A DNA stretch of 64,000 nt from Acidobacteriota bacterium (lineage in GTDB: Bacteria; Acidobacteriota; Terriglobia; Acidiferrales; UBA7541). Under the pieces are notes generated by a model, which made no database searches, was not told the DNA's origin, and saw only the letters and a program-made list of their open reading frames with translations. The DNA lies in NCBI GenBank assembly GCA_046724685.1, contig JBKOXA010000074.1, positions 8,172-72,171 of the forward strand. Reading direction: 5' to 3'. The position numbers and the translations under genes are program-made. Below, in pieces: positions 61,106-64,000 of the stretch (within the stretch, counting starts at the first letter, position 1; each line of letters opens with the position of its first letter).

Positions 61106-62446
61106 ATGCACCCAAGGTTTTGCTCAACCGTCGCATTCTCCGGCCTCCTCGCACTTCTCATGGCCACTTCGGTACATGCTCAGCTGGAAGGCGACACTCC
61201 GCCGCCCAAGGGACTCAGCGAGGCTCAGCCCGCCGCTAAAGCGCAATCTCCCGCTTCCGCATCCACTCCGCTGGGAATGAAACGCGTATCCAAGGACTTC
61301 AGCCTAAAAGGCGAGTCCTCTTGGACCGACACCGGGATCGAGGTTCAGCCCGGAGACCATATTTTGGTCAGTGCTCAAGGCACAATGCGCTACGCGGACG
61401 CAAAGGAAGACAACGGCCCCGACGGGCTTACGCGCGGATTCAAAGATCTCTTGCGCATTCTTCCGTTAAACGCTGCCGGACGAGGCTCATTGATTGGCCG
61501 CGTCGGCGACGCCGATGTGGCCCAGCCGTTTCTGATTGGCACCTCCCGCGATTCGGTCACTCCGGTCGCAGGCCGTCTGAGTTTGGGCATCAATCAGGCC
61601 AAGAATGAGGCGGGTGACGGCTCCTACAGGGTCCACGTCGACGTCTACGCCGCCGACTCTGCCTCTGGTAGAAACATCACTGTCGCAAAATCGGTGACCG
61701 CGTTACCAGGCATTGATAATTCGCTCTTTGCAAAGATCCCGCGTCGCGTCGCGGACAAAGAGGGCAATCCCGGCGACATGGTGAATTTTCTGATTCTCGG
61801 GTCAGAAGCCGCGATGCAGCGGGTGTTCACCGCCGCCGGCTGGGTCAAGGTCGATGCAGACGTAAAGGGCACGCTGCTTCACGGACTCATCGTCAGCCTC
61901 TCGAAAGAATCTTACCTCACCATGCCCATGAGCCAGCTTTATCTCTTTGGCCGACCGCAGGATTACGGCTGGGCACATGCCGAGCCGATCAGCGTCGTCG
62001 CTTCGCGCAATCACCTACGCATCTGGAAGGCGCCGTTTACCGTGAACGGCGAAATGCTTTGGGTCGGCGCCGCAACGCACGATATTGGTTTCGAGCGAGA
62101 CGAGCGCAACAATGGCGTGACTCACAAAATTGATCCAGACATCGATTTGGAGCGCGATTATGTCCAAAAGACGCTAATCAGCACCGGACTCGTCGCCGAA
62201 GTTTCTCATTTTCTCCCTGAAAATCCGATGAAGGAAGCAAGGACCGCGACCGGCGGTTCGTTCCATTCCAGCGGACAAGTCCTCATCCTTAGGCTCGCGG
62301 AATCCGCCAAGGATCTTACGCTAATCTTCATCGAGGCAGTTCAGTTGGCGACTGCAATTCACTTTGATTGTGGGAATGCGTCCGTCACCTCGCGCAGCGT
62401 TGCTCTCGACAGATTGCTTCCGGTAACGAGTAACACAATGTTGTGA
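61106..62446 (+). CDS. Exported lectin-like plus LssY C-terminal domain protein
   Basis: Signal peptide from ATG at 61106. WTDTGIEVQPGD...GSLIGRVG...GRLSLGIN (LecA/PA-IL-like), then GDMVNFLILGS...SQLYLFGRPQD...RNHLRIW...WVGAATHDIG...THKIDPDIDLERD (LssY_C-like). Confidence 0.7.
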   Translation: MHPRFCSTVAFSGLLALLMATSVHAQLEGDTPPPKGLSEAQPAAKAQSPASASTPLGMKRVSKDFSLKGESSWTDTGIEVQPGDHILVSAQGTMRYADAKEDNGPDGLTRGFKDLLRILPLNAAGRGSLIGRVGDADVAQPFLIGTSRDSVTPVAGRLSLGINQAKNEAGDGSYRVHVDVYAADSASGRNITVAKSVTALPGIDNSLFAKIPRRVADKEGNPGDMVNFLILGSEAAMQRVFTAAGWVKVDADVKGTLLHGLIVSLSKESYLTMPMSQLYLFGRPQDYGWAHAEPISVVASRNHLRIWKAPFTVNGEMLWVGAATHDIGFERDERNNGVTHKIDPDIDLERDYVQKTLISTGLVAEVSHFLPENPMKEARTATGGSFHSSGQVLILRLAESAKDLTLIFIEAVQLATAIHFDCGNASVTSRSVALDRLLPVTSNTML

Positions 62447-63327
62447 CTCTCGTCCTTCGACTTCAGAAAGGCTGCGGTCGCTGCCGCCCCAGCCGGTTCC
62501 GCCACCACATGCTCGTTGATCAAGAGATGGCCAATGGCCTTGAGCATCTCTTTTTCGCCCACCAGCACCACTTCATCGACCCATGCGCGGATGGCATCTA
62601 CATTCGCCGCCACCGGCGTCCGTGTCGCCAGGCCGTCCGCGATCGTGTCGCACGTTTCGGTTTCGATTGCGCGCCCTTCCTTCCACGAGAGGTAGTACGA
62701 GGGCGCGCGCTCGCTCTGGACGCCAACCACTCTCATGTTGCTTGAAAGCTGTTTCGCAGCCCTGGCAACTCCACGGATCAGCGCCGTGTCTCCGATCGGC
62801 ACATAAATGGCGTCCGCTTGAGGCAACTGCTCGATGATCTCGCACGCAATCGTCCCGGGCCCGATTGGAATGTCTGGATCCGTAGCGTCATTCAGAAAAA
62901 ATGCTCCGTGCCTTCTCGCATAGTCCGCCGCTGCCTTAAACGCCGCCGCCAAGTCCGCGCTTCCCTCTTCAACCGCCTCGGCTCCCAGCCCTACGATATT
63001 CGCGCGCTTTATCGGATTGCACTTCTCAGGCAGAAAAATCCGCGCTTTCACACCAAGCAACTGCGCCGAGTATGCCACCGCGGCTCCGTGATTTCCCGTG
63101 CTTGAGGCAACTACTTCGCGAACATTCCTGCGCTGCATTTCTAGCCCCAGCGCATAGAGCGCTCCACGCACTTTGAACGAGCCCGTCGGCAACTCGTTCT
63201 CGAGTTTCAAATAAACACTTTGTTCGCGCGGTTTGCTCAGCGAGGCGGATCTGACCAATCGCGTTTGCGGCAAATATTTCGAGAGAAACTCGCGTGCATT
63301 CTGGAAGGCCGGATCCAGCATGGTCAC
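62359..63327 (-). CDS. PLP-dependent threonine/serine dehydratase family enzyme
   Basis: KLENELPTGSFKVRGA (PLP Lys), SSTGNHG, TIADGLA, AEPAGAAA, VTGSN. Confidence 0.9.
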   Translation of the reverse strand: MTMLDPAFQNAREFLSKYLPQTRLVRSASLSKPREQSVYLKLENELPTGSFKVRGALYALGLEMQRRNVREVVASSTGNHGAAVAYSAQLLGVKARIFLPEKCNPIKRANIVGLGAEAVEEGSADLAAAFKAAADYARRHGAFFLNDATDPDIPIGPGTIACEIIEQLPQADAIYVPIGDTALIRGVARAAKQLSSNMRVVGVQSERAPSYYLSWKEGRAIETETCDTIADGLATRTPVAANVDAIRAWVDEVVLVGEKEMLKAIGHLLINEHVVAEPAGAAATAAFLKSKDESHNIVLLVTGSNLSRATLREVTDAFPQSK

Positions 63328-64000
63328 GAATTGTGCAGGTTCGAACCGGCCATATCCTTCTCAGGATACATTTCCTCGAATTCGGCTTCTCCGTGAAGCA
63401 TCGCCAGGTCCGGATCGCGCCGCGCGTGGCTGACATCGCGGAAGCCCGCTTCCCACGCCTTTCTCAGTGCCGAGAGTGCTTCCGCTTTCCTGCTCAGCAT
63501 CGCGTACAGGCACGCAGCGTTGTAGAGAATCGATGCCTCGTTCGCACGCAGCGTCATCGCCAGATTCAATTCCTTCAGCGCATCGTCAACGCGTCCGATT
63601 TCAGCATAGTCGCTTCCCAGAAGAATTCGCGCCCGCGCATCTTCCGGCACGTGCTTCAAATGATTTTCAAGCGCGCTCATCCTCCGCTGCTGCAGGTTCA
63701 GGTAAGCTTCGCGTTTCCCAATCGCTCCCAGCGAATTCGCGATCGGCACGTACACGTTGTAATCCTCGCCGCTCGCTTCGAGCGCCGTTTCCATCACGTC
63801 GACGACTTCCTGAAATCTTCCCGCGGAAAACAGTGCCCGGCATAAAAGATAAAACGCGCCCTCGCAATCGCGCTTCCGCTCAATCGCTTTGCGCACCATG
63901 CGCACTGCCTCGTCATGTAGGTCGGTCGCATACAGCACCCACGCCTGGCTCACCTGCACTTCAGGCAAGTCCCACCGCAGGTTGACGGCGTGGCCCGAAG
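63324..64000 (-). CDS. C-terminal TPR region of a larger protein (possibly a kinase/TolB-N fusion); 5' end outside the window
   Basis: Tandem TPRs ending in ILYNAACLYAMLSRKAEALSALRKAWEAGF...ARRDPDLAMLH. The frame appears open to the window edge. Confidence 0.7.
   Translation of the reverse strand, partial: SGHAVNLRWDLPEVQVSQAWVLYATDLHDEAVRMVRKAIERKRDCEGAFYLLCRALFSAGRFQEVVDVMETALEASGEDYNVYVPIANSLGAIGKREAYLNLQQRRMSALENHLKHVPEDARARILLGSDYAEIGRVDDALKELNLAMTLRANEASILYNAACLYAMLSRKAEALSALRKAWEAGFRDVSHARRDPDLAMLHGEAEFEEMYPEKDMAGSNLHNS

Overview
A 64 kb bacterial chromosomal segment, GC-rich and gene-dense. Gene style and synteny suggest Acidobacteriota (inference, not a database result). It is mostly core genome: ychF, alkA-like, tRNA-Val(CAC), moxR-DUF58-mutY-transglutaminase, rimO-yacG-pgpA-?-cinA-thpR-plsY-gpsA, ftsY-ribD, ribE, mobA, a sigma54 two-component pair, CIRCE-groES-groEL, ribB fusion, an M16 peptidase pair, uvrB, asmA-lepB-rnc. 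I saw no integrase, transposase, prophage or CRISPR array. The best candidate for an undescribed system is a ~7.4 kb putative polyamine/guanidino-compound catabolic block lying between ribD and ribE. It encodes a signal-peptide-bearing agmatinase-family enzyme, a Tat-exported SpdH-like flavoprotein, a PuuB-like oxidase, a PUT/RMV1-like permease and an MmsA/BauC-like dehydrogenase. Other notable items are a RibB fused to an apparently catalytically dead GTP cyclohydrolase II domain, a secreted TPR protein with a degenerate gluzincin motif (HAFLH...E), a lectin-like/LssY_C fusion, an unknown IPT/beta-propeller gene inside a lipid/NAD-salvage operon, a decayed comEA, and tandem hairpins in the groES leader. 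All calls come from motif recognition by eye; no searches were run.
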